Assembly: GCF_006345805.1 (NCBI RefSeq)
Contig: NC_043009.1
Location: 47,120,001 to 47,184,000 of the forward strand
DNA from: Octopus sinensis
Lineage: Eukaryota
Direction of reading: 5' to 3'
DNA length: 64,000 nucleotides
Shown: in pieces, positions 63,403 to 64,000 of the stretch
How the letters are laid out: each line of letters begins with the position of its first letter
Position numbering within the stretch: position 1 is the stretch's first letter
The notes under the pieces: model-generated
Databases searched by the model: none
What the model saw: the letters and a program-made list of their open reading frames with translations, nothing else
What the model was told of the DNA's origin: nothing
Made by a program: the position numbers and the translations under genes

Positions 63403-63753
63403 TATGGTTCAGTCCCACTGCGTGGCATCTTCGGCAAGTGTCTTCTACTATAGTCTCGGCCCAACCAAAGCCTTGTGAGTGGATTTGGTAGACGGAAACT
63501 GAAAGAAGCCCGTCGTATATATGTATATATATGTATGTATGTGTATATGTTTGTGTGTCTGTGTTTGCCCCCCCCCCAACATGGCTTACAACTGATGGTG
63601 GTGTGTTTACGACCCCGTAACTTAGCAGTTCGGCCAAAGAGACCGTTAGGATAAGTACTAGGCTTACAAAGAATAAGTCCTGGGGTCGATTTCCTCGACT
63701 AAAGGCGGTGCTCCAGCCTGGCCGCAGTCAAATGACTGAAACAAGTAAAAGAG
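63403..63753 (+). mobile_element. SINE family A, 5'-truncated, in the intron after the INF2 exon
   Basis: Starts at the B box ggttcagtcccactgcgtgg and ends gtaaaagagt. Further fragments lie at ~20868-21165, 23955-24165, 27910-28190 and 48110-48270. Confidence 0.85.
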
Positions 63754-63946
63754 TATATATATATATATATAATATATATATATATACGTGTATTTGCCAT
63801 TGAAATATGGCTAACCTTTAAGAGTGGATGCTACTGTAGTTTGTAGCCCCAGGTGGCCACCGCCTCCAGCTGGCTATAGATACACTTTCTGTGCCCTCTC
63901 AGTATTTGCAAAGGGAAGTCATCCTTCCCGTCTTCAACTTATGATA

Positions 63947-63991
63947 CACACGAACTCGAGTTTCTGGGTATTGACCCATCATCGGCGTGTG
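63947..63991 (-). ncRNA. Minimal type I hammerhead motif, U4C core variant
   Basis: Minus strand: stem I CACACG/CGUGUG (6 bp); CCGAUGA; stem II UGGGU-CAAU-ACCCA; GAAA; perfect palindrome ACUCGAGU; GUU site between 63953 and 63952. Confidence 0.7.
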
Positions 63992-64000
63992 ACAATCATA

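Overview
AT-rich, microsatellite- and SINE-saturated metazoan genomic DNA, most likely an octopus (inferred from the repeat families and simple-repeat density). Only one host coding segment is well supported: a 907-bp + strand exon (62157-63063, ATG at 62190) encoding the N-terminus and start of the DID/GBD-FH3 region of an inverted formin-2 (INF2/Form3-like) protein. The preceding ~62 kb is upstream or first-intron sequence and includes a 100-N assembly gap (31917-32016). It holds dozens of tRNA-derived SINE copies (at least 5 families), two complementary internally deleted mariner elements, other Tc1/mariner, hAT and Helitron-like non-autonomous elements, and fossils of Penelope-like, RTE and CR1/L2 retroelements. 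The most notable signal is a set of seven minimal type I hammerhead-ribozyme motifs (plus one decayed copy) in several unrelated repeat families. All have a palindromic or near-palindromic stem III, the dimer-forming architecture. They include one inside a tRNA-headed SINE, a 213-nt tandem pair resembling a retrozyme, and two independent U4C core variants. Almost all ORFs in the supplied track are microsatellite artefacts. All calls were made by eye; no searches or folding programs were run.
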